Below are positions 26,951-37,415 of a DNA stretch of 64,000 nt, piece by piece (the first letter of the stretch is position 1; every line of letters starts with the position of its first letter). A program made the translations under genes and the position numbers. The notes beneath the pieces were generated by a model that saw only the letters and a list, made by a program, of their open reading frames with translations, did not search any database and was not told the origin of the DNA. The stretch comes from a candidate division FCPU426 bacterium (GTDB lineage Bacteria; Oederibacteriota; JAAXVQ01; JAUVAV01). Where the stretch lies: contig JBFLYH010000001.1 of NCBI GenBank assembly GCA_040756875.1, positions 960,001 to 1,024,000 of the forward strand, written 5' to 3'.

Positions 26951-26980
26951 CGTAGGGAACAGGCGAGCCTGTTCCCTACG
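26951..26980 (-). terminator. GTAG-type palindrome / intrinsic terminator after the TamB-like gene
   Basis: CGTAGGGAACAGGC-GA-GCCTGTTCCCTACG perfect 14-bp arms, followed by CGTTTTT on the minus strand. Confidence 0.65.
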
Positions 26981-27074
26981 AAAAAGTGCAATCCCTGGCA
27001 GTACGGATTTATTAAACCTATTCGGGGTCACGGATGAAGTCATTGACATTTTGACCCTGGCTGGAAATTAAAGT

Positions 27075-30000
27075 TCAGGGTTTTTGGCGTCCCGCGGGAG
27101 CAAGCGTGGTCCCGGCCGCATCCGGTTCCGCGTCAGATGGCACCCAGCCCTTGAACTGCATCCGGCTTTCTATCCCCCAAAACACTTCCTGGTCCGAATC
27201 CACGTCGAAATTTTTGTACACCCGGATGCGTTTGGAAGGATCCAGGTTGTACTCCAAACCAAGGTAGGATTGCCACGATAAACCGCCCTGTTCGGCCCCC
27301 CGGTCTTTGAGCACACCCCGGTAATTTAAAAAAAGATCATCCGTGACGTATTTACCGATATCGATTTGCGTGTCCTGCAGCAGGCTGGTACCGGTGATTT
27401 CCGACCCTCCGGACTGAACGGACCGCGTGTTGCCTTCGCCGGTCATAATGCTGTCGGCCAGTTTTTCGACCCCGCCCAGGCGAACGTCGATAACATCCAC
27501 GGGCGTGAATTTTTTAATGCTTTTGCCGATTTCCCGGCCGATCAGGTTTCCCGCCAGGCGCCCCAGAACCCTCGCGCCGGCGGCCTGGATTTTCTGGTCG
27601 ATCTGTTCCTGGGACCAGTTGGAGTAATCCTCGCCCAAGGTCAGCAGCGAAACGATTTGCGCCTGGGTCATGACCGGCTCGGATTCAAGCTTGATTTTTA
27701 GAGCGCCGAGTTCGCCCTGGACCCGCAGATAGATGGTGGCGTCACGGCGCCGTCCCTCGTCGCGGATCTCCACATTGCGGATAACGGCTTTGGCCAGCCC
27801 TTCCAGCCTCGGTTTCTCGCGGCCCGGGAACACCAGCACCGCTTCCTCGTTGGCGTCGAGATTGAAATCCGTATTGAGATATGTGAAAGTCCCCTTGGCG
27901 AGGCTGATGCGGCCTTCGGCCGTAAAATCGTTCTTCCCGCCGTTGAGGACCACCGCTTGGTCGGGTTTGATTTGGGCGCGTGCAACATCGTTGTAAAACC
28001 AAAGATTGTTGCGGGTGATGATCTTAAAACGATCGTAGCTCAGATTGGCTGGCTTCAAGTTGCGGGCGAAATCGGTCAACGGCCGTCCGGGAAAAGTCAA
28101 CTGCCCTTCCCCCAATTCCAACTGCCCGCCCGCAATGGGCGCTTCCAGGGTCCCGCCCAAATGAATATGAACGTCAGCCAGCGCCGAGACGTATTCCAAA
28201 TCCGGGGTGCTTTCGAGCCTGATTTTCTTCGGATCAGAATCCAGCCGCAGGTTCAGTTCATGGGGTTGCAGCCGCCGGAAAACGCAGGCCCACGGCGCCT
28301 GGGAACCGGCGCTGAGCCGCAATCGTCCCTGCCCTACCGTGCCTTCCAGCTGTTCAATAAATACTTGATTATCGTTGAAATTCAAGACGGCATTGAGGTT
28401 GGAAACCAAAGGGGAATATAAGCGCGGAGCCAGGGTGGCTTTCTCCGCCCAGGCGCGTCCCGAAAGCGTGGGGTAATCCATGGTGCCGTGTATTTTAAGG
28501 TCCAAACCGCTTCGGCCGGATGCCGCCGCGATATACGGAATGAAAGTGATGAACGACAAATCGCCCTCGGGCATGGTCAGGCGCAAGTCCATCTCCGCGC
28601 CCTGCAGGGCCACGGCTGCTGCCTGGCTTTGCGGCAGGGGCAATTTCCCTTCCAAGGTCAGGGAGTATTTGCCAAAACGCGTCAGGACGACCGGAACTTG
28701 CTGCCCGCGGAAATACAGCCAATCATGGTCAACCAGCAGGTTTCCCGAGCACACATCGAATGGAAGCCCCAGCACGCTGCCGTTTTCGATTTTAACGTCG
28801 ATCTCCATACGGGCGCTGTGGTCCGCATCGGTATAATGGAACTGGCCGCTGGCCGCGCCGGTCCAAGGTTGGGGCCAGCCCAGCGAACGGGCGATGACGT
28901 CGGCTTTGACGTTTTTCACTTTGATGCGCAAATCCGAAGTGGCGGTTCCATCCACGCGGCCGGTGGCGTCGATGTAGGTTTGGCGGGCATCGGAAATGGT
29001 AAGCCGGTTGAAAATCACGGCGCCTCCCGGGGGCAGCCGCAGGTCACCGTTGATGGCATAGGGATAATCGGAGGGAGTCCGGATATACAGATTTTCACCT
29101 TGATACTGAACCTGGGCGCGGAAATCCCCGAAAGGATACCGGTTGAGCTCGAAATCCCCGCTGGCCACGGCCAGGCGCAAATCCCATTCCGGATGGGTGC
29201 GCATGGTGCCGCGGACGGCAAAATGCCCGGTAAATATGCGGGAGAAAAAAGCAAATTGCTCGGCCGTCAAATTGAGGCTGATCCGCGCCTGTCCGTCCGA
29301 TTCCCATTGCAGGCTTCCGCCTTCCGCGGTCAGTCTGCCGACAGGCTGCAATCCTTCCAGGCGTTTTATTTTCAATTCCGACCCGATTTGTTCCCAGGCG
29401 GTGTGCAGACTCTTGAATTTCCAATGGCCAAAAACGAAACCCGTAAAGGTCAGGTCGCCGGAATGGCGGTCAAGCCGCCCTTCGCGTCCTGAAAAAAGCA
29501 CTTGGCCGGAAGCCCTCCCCTGCGGCGCGTGTTCCGGCGCAGCGGCTTGAAAAAGCGCCAGCACCGTTGAGGTCGTCATATCATCCAATTGCAGTCGGCC
29601 TTCCAAAGACTGCCAGGACGCTTTGCCCAGGGAGAGATCGATCTCCCCCTCCAGCGCCCCTTGTTCGCCGCCGAGGCGGAGGTTGGAAGTGATCTGACGG
29701 CTGGAAAAATCCGCGCGCCACGAACCGGTCAATGGTTCCGGCACTTCCTGTCCTTGGGGAAAAAGCAGGATGCGAAGCGGTTCCAGATCCGAACGCTCGA
29801 ATCCCAGTTCCAACCGGCCTTGGGGCTTCAAACTCAGGGTCAGGCTGCCTTTTCCGGTCAGCTTCCCGCCCCAAGTCAGGTTTTTAAAATCCAGCTGGTT
29901 GCCGCGGATTTCGACCTGCCCGCGCAAAGCCGGAAGGGATTTCCCGTCCACTCCGAAACTTTCGAGGGAAAGTTGGGCGGCATAGGTTTCTTTCTGGCCG

Positions 30001-32486
30001 GCCAGCGAGGTTCCGCGCACGCGCAAATCGCCGCTCCAGGTTCGTCCACCCAGGCGGAAATTTTCCATCCAGGCCAGCATCTGAAAAGGGCCGGGGGTCT
30101 TTCCCAGTTCGGTTTCCAAGAAGGCATTGCACTTTCCCCGCGGCTGCACCAGGGACAATTCCTTCAGCCAGATCCTGCGGCCCTGACTCGTGAATTTAAA
30201 CGTCCCGGTGTCGGCCGCCAGCGTGTTCCAGGAAAGATCGGCCACGGTAACATCCCCACGGCTCTGAAGCTCCTTCAGGGTGCCTGAAACCACCACTTGG
30301 CCGCTGAAACGGCCGCGCGTGCCCTCCGGCGGGCGCTGGCCGGCGAGCAGCAGCAAGGTGCTCAACGGACTCCGGCTGAGGATCAGACGGGCGGAAAGCG
30401 GATCCGCCGGGTGCCATCCCAAATGCCCTTCCAAACGCAATCGTTTGGCGTCCACCCAGGCGTTGCTGAGATCGACGCCCTGGGGCGACAACCGCAGATC
30501 TCCCCGGGCGTCCACCGAGGCTCCATCTGACTTCAACAGGGGCGAGGCGTTGAAACTTCCCGTCAGCAAGGGTTGCGCGGGCGTTCCGGAAAGCTCGCCG
30601 TTGAAAGAAACGACGCCGTTCAAGTGCTTCCAGCCCGCAGGCAGGGCGGGAATCAGCGTCAAAGGCAGGCGCCGGGTGGTGATCCGGCCGCTCCACGGCC
30701 GGTCCGGCCGGAGACTGGCCTGCCCGACGACCCGCAGCAATTCCCGGCCGCTGTGCGTCAAGGTCGCCGACCGCAGTTTCCATGCTTCCCCTTCACGGAC
30801 AGCTTCACCGGCGAGCACGGCTTGCGACAGAGGGCCCCAGTCCGCCAGCACCCGCAACTTCCAGGCGGGCGCTTCCACGGCGAACTGGCCGTTCAACCGC
30901 TTCAACTCAACGCCCTCCACTTTCACGCGGGGCGAGGAGAACAGGCCCTTGACTGCAGGCGTTTCCAACAACCCGTCCACGCTCAGCGAGGCATTGATCC
31001 GGCCTTGCAGGGATTTAATCCCCAGCAGTTCGGACATATCCTCCAATTCCAGGTCCCTCACCTCAGTCTGCAAACGGATGGTCGGCCCCGTCTGGCCCGC
31101 CGGCGTGAAAACCACCGCGCCTTTCCCTTCCACGCTCCCCCGCGCCAGCAGGCCCCGCGCCAACAACACCCGCAGCTCGCCGGCATGGTATTTGGAGATC
31201 ACCTCGAATTTGCGGATCGCGAGGCGGCCCACCCGGCCTTCCTCGAGATTGAAAGTTCCCGTCATGGTCAAATCCGAAGCTGGGCCTTTGATCAGGACCG
31301 TTGCCTGACCGCTGCCGCTGGTTTTCAAATGCCGGAAATTGGGCGCGATTTTCACCAAATTGTCGAGATCCAAGTTTTGGCTTTGCACGCGGATTTGCAG
31401 GCGCGGCGCCTGAAGGTTATTAATCTCCCCCTGGGCCGACCAGGCGGTCTGGCCGACCACGGCTTGCATGTTTTTCAAGCTGAGATCGCGGTCTTCCAGA
31501 TGCACCACGCCGAAAACGTTTTGGATCGGGACCGGGAGCAGCCGCGTTGTCAAAGCTAGGTTATACAGGACCGCGCGGCCGCTGACCGACATCCCCGGCA
31601 GCCAGTCGTGCTCTGAAGGCGGCCGGGAGGCGAACTTGAGATTCAGGTCACCTTCCCCGGATTGAAGGTTCCCCCACTCCGTCAGCTTGAACACGCCTCC
31701 CAATTCGGCCAACTGCACGCGGGTAGCGTTCAAGCCCAGCCGGTAAGTTTGTTGCGGCAGGTCGAGCAGGCCCGAAAGCTTTACATTTTGCCTCCGTCCG
31801 GTATTCGTGCGGCCGGAGAGGAACAGCCGGGCAGCGGAAGGATCTTTGAGGTTGAGGAGGCCCTTGAGATTTTTCAAACTGGCGGAACTGGAACCGTTGT
31901 TGATGCGGATCTCGCCGGCCAGCAGGGAAAGTTTGATGGGCGGCAAGAGGGGGCCGGGCGCTGCCGGACCGGCGGCTTGTCCGTAGCAAGCCACGGAGGC
32001 TAGGGCCGGGCCCAGCCATTTCCCATCCGGCGTCCGTTCGAAGCGGATCAGCGGCTTGATGAGTTGGATCTGGTGCAGGCTCTCGGCCAGGGGGCGTTTA
32101 CGGACCAGAATGTCCCAAAGCGAATACTGAACCACGACCCGCTGGATGGTGATATCGATGGAATCCGGCGCGGTAGTATGCGCCGAGATGCGCATATTGC
32201 GCAGGACCACGCGGTCGAACAGGCCGCCTTCGATGCGGCCGATGGTCACCTCGCGGTTCAAGGCCGTGGAAAGCTCCCGCTCGAGCTGGGGCTTAAAGCG
32301 GTTGGCCACCACACCGCTCGAAGACACGAGCCACAACCCGCCCACCACCAGCAGCGCCACCCCCAGCAGGATTCCCAGGGAGAGCAATGGATGTCGGGCT
32401 TGCTGAATCCGGGCGGAAGGCAGGTGGGGCTTGCGACGGGCAGGCCGGGGCCGACGGGATGATTTAACGCGACGGGGCTGGGGCAC
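27075..32486 (-). CDS. TamB/AsmA-like translocation and assembly protein (1803 aa)
   Basis: N-terminal TM anchor, long Gly-rich beta-taco repeats (GTPAQPLLTG, GTMDYPTLSG, GTLEAPIAGG) and a DUF490-like C-terminus (LESEPVMTQAQIVSLL...IGKYVTDDLFLNY). Upstream of bamA. Confidence 0.8.
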   Translation of the reverse strand: MPQPRRVKSSRRPRPARRKPHLPSARIQQARHPLLSLGILLGVALLVVGGLWLVSSSGVVANRFKPQLERELSTALNREVTIGRIEGGLFDRVVLRNMRISAHTTAPDSIDITIQRVVVQYSLWDILVRKRPLAESLHQIQLIKPLIRFERTPDGKWLGPALASVACYGQAAGPAAPGPLLPPIKLSLLAGEIRINNGSSSASLKNLKGLLNLKDPSAARLFLSGRTNTGRRQNVKLSGLLDLPQQTYRLGLNATRVQLAELGGVFKLTEWGNLQSGEGDLNLKFASRPPSEHDWLPGMSVSGRAVLYNLALTTRLLPVPIQNVFGVVHLEDRDLSLKNMQAVVGQTAWSAQGEINNLQAPRLQIRVQSQNLDLDNLVKIAPNFRHLKTSGSGQATVLIKGPASDLTMTGTFNLEEGRVGRLAIRKFEVISKYHAGELRVLLARGLLARGSVEGKGAVVFTPAGQTGPTIRLQTEVRDLELEDMSELLGIKSLQGRINASLSVDGLLETPAVKGLFSSPRVKVEGVELKRLNGQFAVEAPAWKLRVLADWGPLSQAVLAGEAVREGEAWKLRSATLTHSGRELLRVVGQASLRPDRPWSGRITTRRLPLTLIPALPAGWKHLNGVVSFNGELSGTPAQPLLTGSFNASPLLKSDGASVDARGDLRLSPQGVDLSNAWVDAKRLRLEGHLGWHPADPLSARLILSRSPLSTLLLLAGQRPPEGTRGRFSGQVVVSGTLKELQSRGDVTVADLSWNTLAADTGTFKFTSQGRRIWLKELSLVQPRGKCNAFLETELGKTPGPFQMLAWMENFRLGGRTWSGDLRVRGTSLAGQKETYAAQLSLESFGVDGKSLPALRGQVEIRGNQLDFKNLTWGGKLTGKGSLTLSLKPQGRLELGFERSDLEPLRILLFPQGQEVPEPLTGSWRADFSSRQITSNLRLGGEQGALEGEIDLSLGKASWQSLEGRLQLDDMTTSTVLALFQAAAPEHAPQGRASGQVLFSGREGRLDRHSGDLTFTGFVFGHWKFKSLHTAWEQIGSELKIKRLEGLQPVGRLTAEGGSLQWESDGQARISLNLTAEQFAFFSRIFTGHFAVRGTMRTHPEWDLRLAVASGDFELNRYPFGDFRAQVQYQGENLYIRTPSDYPYAINGDLRLPPGGAVIFNRLTISDARQTYIDATGRVDGTATSDLRIKVKNVKADVIARSLGWPQPWTGAASGQFHYTDADHSARMEIDVKIENGSVLGLPFDVCSGNLLVDHDWLYFRGQQVPVVLTRFGKYSLTLEGKLPLPQSQAAAVALQGAEMDLRLTMPEGDLSFITFIPYIAAASGRSGLDLKIHGTMDYPTLSGRAWAEKATLAPRLYSPLVSNLNAVLNFNDNQVFIEQLEGTVGQGRLRLSAGSQAPWACVFRRLQPHELNLRLDSDPKKIRLESTPDLEYVSALADVHIHLGGTLEAPIAGGQLELGEGQLTFPGRPLTDFARNLKPANLSYDRFKIITRNNLWFYNDVARAQIKPDQAVVLNGGKNDFTAEGRISLAKGTFTYLNTDFNLDANEEAVLVFPGREKPRLEGLAKAVIRNVEIRDEGRRRDATIYLRVQGELGALKIKLESEPVMTQAQIVSLLTLGEDYSNWSQEQIDQKIQAAGARVLGRLAGNLIGREIGKSIKKFTPVDVIDVRLGGVEKLADSIMTGEGNTRSVQSGGSEITGTSLLQDTQIDIGKYVTDDLFLNYRGVLKDRGAEQGGLSWQSYLGLEYNLDPSKRIRVYKNFDVDSDQEVFWGIESRMQFKGWVPSDAEPDAAGTTLAPAGRQKP

Positions 32487-32491
32487 CCTGA

Positions 32492-34924
32492 TTACGCCTC
32501 GACTTTCACCTCAAACTTGATGGTGTCGTTGCCGGGCACGGCGGAGATGACCTTGCCCGGCTTGATTTCGCCTTTGAGCAGCAGTTCAGCCAGCGGGTCC
32601 TCGACCAGGCGCTGAATGGCGCGTTTGAGCGGCCGGGCGCCCATTTGGGGGTTGAAGCCTTTGTCGATCAGGAAGTTCTTCGCTTCGGCCGTGACCAGCA
32701 GCGTCACTTCCTTTTCCTTGAGGCGCTCGTTGACGCGGTTCATTTGCAGGTCGACGATGGCCTCCAGGTCCTTTCGCTCCAGGTTGTGGAACACGATCAC
32801 TTCATCCACCCGGTTGAGGAACTCAGGATTGAAAACCTTTTTAACCTCGCCGAGCACCCGGTCCTTCATGGAGCGATGGTTCACTTCCGCATCCGAGGGT
32901 TGGAATCCCATGGCCGCGGCGCCCTTGTCGATGAGCCGGGCGCCGATGTTGCTGGTCATGATCACCACGGTATTTTTAAAATCCACCACGCGGCCGTTGT
33001 TGTCGGTGAGGCGGCCGTCCTCGAGCACCTGCAGCAGGATGTTGAAGACATCCGGGTGGGCTTTCTCCACTTCGTCGAAAAGAATGACCGAATAAGGGTT
33101 GCGGCGCACTTTCTCGGTCAATTGGCCGCCTTCGTCGTGCCCGATGTATCCCGGAGGCGCGCCGACCAGGCGGGAGACCGCGAATTTCTCCATGTACTCT
33201 GACATGTCGATACGGATCAGCGTGTTTTCGTCTTCAAAGAGGAATTCAGCCAGGGCCCTGGCCATCTCGGTTTTGCCCACGCCGGTCGGCCCCAGGAAAA
33301 TGAAGGAGCCGATCGGCCGCTTGGGATCGGCCACGCCGGCCCGGGAACGGCGGATGGAGCGGGAAACCGCGTTGATGGCTTCCTCCTGCCCCACGATGCG
33401 CTTGTGCAGCTCCTCTTCCATGCGCAGCAGTTTGGCTGATTCGGTCTCCTCGAGTTTGAACACCGGCACGCCCGTCCACTTGCTGATGATGATCGCGATG
33501 TCCTCCTCGGTGACGCTGACCACGTTCTGGGTGCGGGATTGCTCCCACTGCCGCTTCTTTTCTTCCTTCTTCTGGCGCAGGTCTTTGATCTTATCGCGCA
33601 GGTTGGCGGCGCGTTCGAATTCCTGCATCTTGATGGCCGCTTCCTTCTCCTTGGCGATTTTGTCGATTTCGTCCTCAACCTTCTTCAGGTCCGGCGGCAG
33701 CACCGCGGCGGACAGCCGCGCCCGCGCGCCGGCCTCGTCCATGACGTCAATGGCCTTGTCCGGCAGCAGGCGGCCGGAAATGTAACGGTCCGACAGTTTG
33801 GCCGCGGCGACCATGGCGTCGTCGGTGAAGTGGACGCGGTGGTGCGCTTCATAGCGGTCGCGCAGCCCCTTGAGGATCAGGATCGTTTCGTCGACGTTGG
33901 GCGCCTCCACTTTGATGGATTGGAACCGACGCTCCAGGGCGCCGTCCTTCTCGATGTATTTGCGGTACTCGTCCATGGTGGTGGCGCCGATGCACTGCAC
34001 CTCGCCCCGGGCCAGCGCCGGTTTCAGCATGTTGGAGGCGTCGATCGCGCCTTCGGCCGCCCCGGCTCCGACCAGGGTGTGCAGTTCGTCGATGAAAAGG
34101 ATGATGGTCGAGGCGGCGGTCTTGATTTCCTGCATGACGGTTTTAAGGCGTTCCTCGAATTCGCCGCGGTACTTGGTGCCCGCCACCACGGCGGCCAGGT
34201 CCAGAGTGACGATGCGCTTGTTCGCGAGCAGCTCGGGGACATTGCCGGCCACGATTTTTTGCGCCAAGCCCTCGGCAATGGCCGTCTTGCCCACGCCCGG
34301 TTCGCCGATCAGCACCGGGTTGTTCTTGGTGCGGCGGCAGAGGATTTGGATGACGCGTTCGATCTCGTTTTCCCGGCCGATGACCGGGTCTAGCTTGCCT
34401 TCCCGGCTGAGCTGAGTGAGGTCCCGGCCGTAAGCGTCCAGCGTGGGCGTGGCGCTCTTCACCTGCCCCTGCATGTACTTGGGCAGGTTGCCGCCCAGGA
34501 GGTAAATCGTCATTTCGCGCGCTTTTTCGATGCGCACGTTGAACCGCTCCAGCACCCGCGAGGCCACGCCCTCCCCTTCGCGGATCAGGCCCAGGAGGAT
34601 GTGTTCGGTGCCGATGTAATTGTGCCCCAGGGCCTGGGCTTCCTCTAGCGCCAGCTCCAGCACTTTTTTGGCCCGCGGCGTGAACGGAACTTCGCCCAGG
34701 GTCATGGTGCCGCCGCCCATGTTCACCGACTTCTCGACTTCCAGTTTCAGGCGATCCAGTTCCAGCCCCAGGTTTTCCAGCACCGCGCTGGCCACGCCGC
34801 CGCCCTCCTTGATCAGGCCCAGCAGCAGGTGTTCGGTGCCGATGTAATCATGCCCCAGGCGCGCGGCTTCTTCGCGCGCTAAATTGATGATTTTCTTCGC
34901 TCTTTCCGTGAATTTATCGAACAT
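32492..34924 (-). CDS. clpC: ATP-dependent Clp protease ATPase subunit ClpC
   Basis: Two Clp-N repeats, GEPGVGKT and GPTGVGKT Walker A motifs, UVR-like middle domain, MGF ClpP-docking loop. Downstream of mcsB. Confidence 0.96.
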   Translation of the reverse strand: MFDKFTERAKKIINLAREEAARLGHDYIGTEHLLLGLIKEGGGVASAVLENLGLELDRLKLEVEKSVNMGGGTMTLGEVPFTPRAKKVLELALEEAQALGHNYIGTEHILLGLIREGEGVASRVLERFNVRIEKAREMTIYLLGGNLPKYMQGQVKSATPTLDAYGRDLTQLSREGKLDPVIGRENEIERVIQILCRRTKNNPVLIGEPGVGKTAIAEGLAQKIVAGNVPELLANKRIVTLDLAAVVAGTKYRGEFEERLKTVMQEIKTAASTIILFIDELHTLVGAGAAEGAIDASNMLKPALARGEVQCIGATTMDEYRKYIEKDGALERRFQSIKVEAPNVDETILILKGLRDRYEAHHRVHFTDDAMVAAAKLSDRYISGRLLPDKAIDVMDEAGARARLSAAVLPPDLKKVEDEIDKIAKEKEAAIKMQEFERAANLRDKIKDLRQKKEEKKRQWEQSRTQNVVSVTEEDIAIIISKWTGVPVFKLEETESAKLLRMEEELHKRIVGQEEAINAVSRSIRRSRAGVADPKRPIGSFIFLGPTGVGKTEMARALAEFLFEDENTLIRIDMSEYMEKFAVSRLVGAPPGYIGHDEGGQLTEKVRRNPYSVILFDEVEKAHPDVFNILLQVLEDGRLTDNNGRVVDFKNTVVIMTSNIGARLIDKGAAAMGFQPSDAEVNHRSMKDRVLGEVKKVFNPEFLNRVDEVIVFHNLERKDLEAIVDLQMNRVNERLKEKEVTLLVTAEAKNFLIDKGFNPQMGARPLKRAIQRLVEDPLAELLLKGEIKPGKVISAVPGNDTIKFEVKVEA

Positions 34925-35013
34925 AACCGTTCATCCTCCCGCGGTTTGCGGCTTGGTGTCGTGGCGGCCAACCGCACTATTGTACATACTTTATCGGCTT
35001 AAGGACAGTTATT

Positions 35014-36060
35014 TTAACCCCGGCCGGCATCCAATTTGAGGCGTTTCCTGATCAAGGACGCCCGCCGGGACTGTTGTTCCTCGGCGGAAAGCGTCTTTTC
35101 GCCCCCTTGCTGCAAATGCGCAGGCTGGACCTGCAGCAGCAATTCGTTCAGGGCCGCGGGCGAGAGCGACCGCAGGAGGCGGGTTTCCACGCCCAACCGG
35201 AGGGACGACAGCAAATCCAGGGCCTCTTCCAACCCCAGCAAGCGGCAGTGGCGCAGAATGCCCACGGCTCGTCCCACTTTATCCTCCAGGAGGCGGCGTT
35301 CTGATTTCAAGAGTTTCTGCCGGGCTTCGGTTTCCCTTTCCACGACCTGACGGATCACGCCCGAAAGCTGGGTGATGATTTCCTCCTCCGTGCGCCCCAA
35401 CGTAATCTGGTTGCTGATCTGGAAGAACACGGTTTTCAGCTCGGTGCCCTCGCCGTAAAACCCGCGCACCGCCAAACCCATGTGCACCACGGCCTGCAGC
35501 ACCTGGACGATGCCGCGTGTCAAGGCCAGGGCCGGCAAATGCAGCATGGCCGAGGCCCTCAAACCAGTGCCTACGTTCGTGGGGCACGCGGTCAGATAAC
35601 CGAACTGGGCATGGCGGGCAAAGGGGAAAGCCTTCCCCAGTTTCTCGTCCAGCACCCGCGCCAGACGCAATCCCCCCTCCAAATCCAGGCCGGGTTTCAT
35701 GACCTGGATGCGGACGTGGTCCTCCTCGTTCAATAGGTAAGAAAGGCTCTGGCCCTGGGCCAGTCCCAGTCCGATATCGTCCGGTTTGGAGGCGGAGTCC
35801 ATGTGGATCAAGCCGCGTTCGGCGAGCACCCCGCGCCGCAAGGCGTCCTCCCGCTGCAGGCGCAGAAAGGTCATGCCCGGTTGTTTTTCCAAAAAACCGC
35901 CCACTGCACCGACCAGTTTCTCCTTCTCTACGCTGTCGGCTGTAAGCGGAAACTTGTACCCTTTCAGGTTGCGGGCCAGGCGTATGCGGGTGGATAAAAC
36001 CGCGGGATTTCCCGCATGCGGTTTGACCCATAAAGGCAGGGGCCACGATTTGACGCTCAT
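35014..36060 (-). CDS. mcsB: Protein arginine kinase McsB
   Basis: LSTRIRLARNL, NEEDHVRIQ, GYLTACPTNVGTGLRASAMLHLPAL, RGFYGEG, QISNQITLG. Start at MSVKSW overlaps the mcsA stop. Confidence 0.92.
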   Translation of the reverse strand: MSVKSWPLPLWVKPHAGNPAVLSTRIRLARNLKGYKFPLTADSVEKEKLVGAVGGFLEKQPGMTFLRLQREDALRRGVLAERGLIHMDSASKPDDIGLGLAQGQSLSYLLNEEDHVRIQVMKPGLDLEGGLRLARVLDEKLGKAFPFARHAQFGYLTACPTNVGTGLRASAMLHLPALALTRGIVQVLQAVVHMGLAVRGFYGEGTELKTVFFQISNQITLGRTEEEIITQLSGVIRQVVERETEARQKLLKSERRLLEDKVGRAVGILRHCRLLGLEEALDLLSSLRLGVETRLLRSLSPAALNELLLQVQPAHLQQGGEKTLSAEEQQSRRASLIRKRLKLDAGRG

Positions 36061-36557
36061 GCGGTCTGCCTGCCTTCCAGGGAATGTATTTTGTCCCGCA
36101 ACTGGGCCGCTTCCTCGAATTTTTCGCTTTCGATCAGGTGCCGCAACTGCTCCTTCAGTTCCTCGAGCTTGGGTTTGGTCGCTGCGACGGGAGCCGGAGG
36201 CCGCACCCGGTCCTTGTGCTCTTCGGCCTGGTGAAACTGCCTGAACAACGGCAACAGCAGGGGGCGGAAAGCGTCGTAGCAATGCTCGCAACCAAAGCGC
36301 CCCACTTCGCGGAACTGGGAAAAATGCAGGCCGCAATGCCCGCATTTGACATCCGCTTGCGCGGCCTGCGAGGCCGCGCCCAGCTCAAGCAGCGAGGCCA
36401 GCAAATTGTGTATGATCAAAGCGGGTTTGACCAGCATTTCGCCCAAATGGCGTTTTTGGGCGCAATTTTCGCAAATGTGCAAGGAAGACTGCTGGTTGCC
36501 TATATTGTCAATCAAATGAACCGTGGCTTCTTCCTGCTGGCAAATTTGGCAAAGCAT
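36057..36557 (-). CDS. mcsA: McsA (CxxC motifs + UVR domain)
   Basis: MLCQIC...HICENCA...CGHCG...GRFGCEHCY and C-terminal EKFEEAAQLRDKI. Confidence 0.92.
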   Translation of the reverse strand: MLCQICQQEEATVHLIDNIGNQQSSLHICENCAQKRHLGEMLVKPALIIHNLLASLLELGAASQAAQADVKCGHCGLHFSQFREVGRFGCEHCYDAFRPLLLPLFRQFHQAEEHKDRVRPPAPVAATKPKLEELKEQLRHLIESEKFEEAAQLRDKIHSLEGRQTA

Positions 36558-36695
36558 GGTTTTCACCTTTCCTTGAAAACCCCTGGGCCCTCGGCTGGTT
36601 TTCTGAAGTATATCCACCGGAATAACGCGAGGGACTTTTAATGCACAGGGCATAGAGTAAGGGAATTATCGCTTGATCCCAATCATTTCCCGGAT

Positions 36696-37415
36696 TCAGG
36701 CGCTACTACCCGATGGTTTAGACACCGTTCCGCCGTTTTCGGCGACCACCCGGCCGTCCTGCAGGGTGATGGTCCGGTTCGCCAGGTTCGCCAAGGCCGG
36801 GTTGTGCGTGACCACTATCACGGTCTGGCCGGCCTCCCGGTTGAGGTTCATGAACAAATCATGGATGCCCTGGGCCGTGGCCAGGTCCAAATCCCCGGTC
36901 GGTTCGTCGGCCAAGAGCAGGGCCGGCCGGTTGACCAGGGCGCGGGCAATGGCCACGCGCTGCTGTTCCCCGCCGGACAATTCGCCGGGCCGGTGCGTCC
37001 TGCGGTGGGTCAGGCCCACGCGCTCCAGCCATTCGGCCGCCTGTTTGCGCGCCTCGGCGTGCGACAACCCGGCGATCAGGGCCGGCAGCATGACGTTTTC
37101 TTCGGCGTTGAATTCAGGCAGCAAATAATGCAGTTGGAACACGAAGCCCACGGACTTGTTGCGAAGCGCGGCCAAGCCCTCGTCGCCCAGGCTGTACAAG
37201 TCCTGCCCCAGGATCCGTACCGAACCGCCGGTTGGGTGCATAAGGCCGCCGGCCACGCTGAGCAGCGTGGTTTTGCCCGCGCCCGAAGGGCCGACAATGG
37301 CAACCATCTCCCCCGGCGCCACGCCCAGCTCCACGCCGCGCAAGACCGGAACCAGGCCGCTGCCCTGGCCGAAGGTTTTCTCCACCTGTTCCAACCTCAG
37401 TACCGGTTCACTCAT
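36696..37415 (-). CDS. lolD: Lipoprotein-releasing ABC transporter ATPase
   Basis: GPSGAGKTT, GFVFQLHYLLPEF, LSGGEQQRVAIARAL, LADEPTG. Follows a lolC/E-type permease. Confidence 0.9.
   Translation of the reverse strand: MSEPVLRLEQVEKTFGQGSGLVPVLRGVELGVAPGEMVAIVGPSGAGKTTLLSVAGGLMHPTGGSVRILGQDLYSLGDEGLAALRNKSVGFVFQLHYLLPEFNAEENVMLPALIAGLSHAEARKQAAEWLERVGLTHRRTHRPGELSGGEQQRVAIARALVNRPALLLADEPTGDLDLATAQGIHDLFMNLNREAGQTVIVVTHNPALANLANRTITLQDGRVVAENGGTVSKPSGSSA

Noticed and set aside
27043-27056. CtsR-like repeat (GGTCAAAATGTCAA on the minus strand)
   Set aside because: Spacing does not match the CtsR heptad repeat, and it lies after the TamB-like gene rather than before mcsA/clpC.
36061-36345. 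Long N-terminal extension of McsB in the ORF track
   Set aside because: It overlaps mcsA in another frame. ATG at 36060 gives the usual mcsA/mcsB ATGA overlap.
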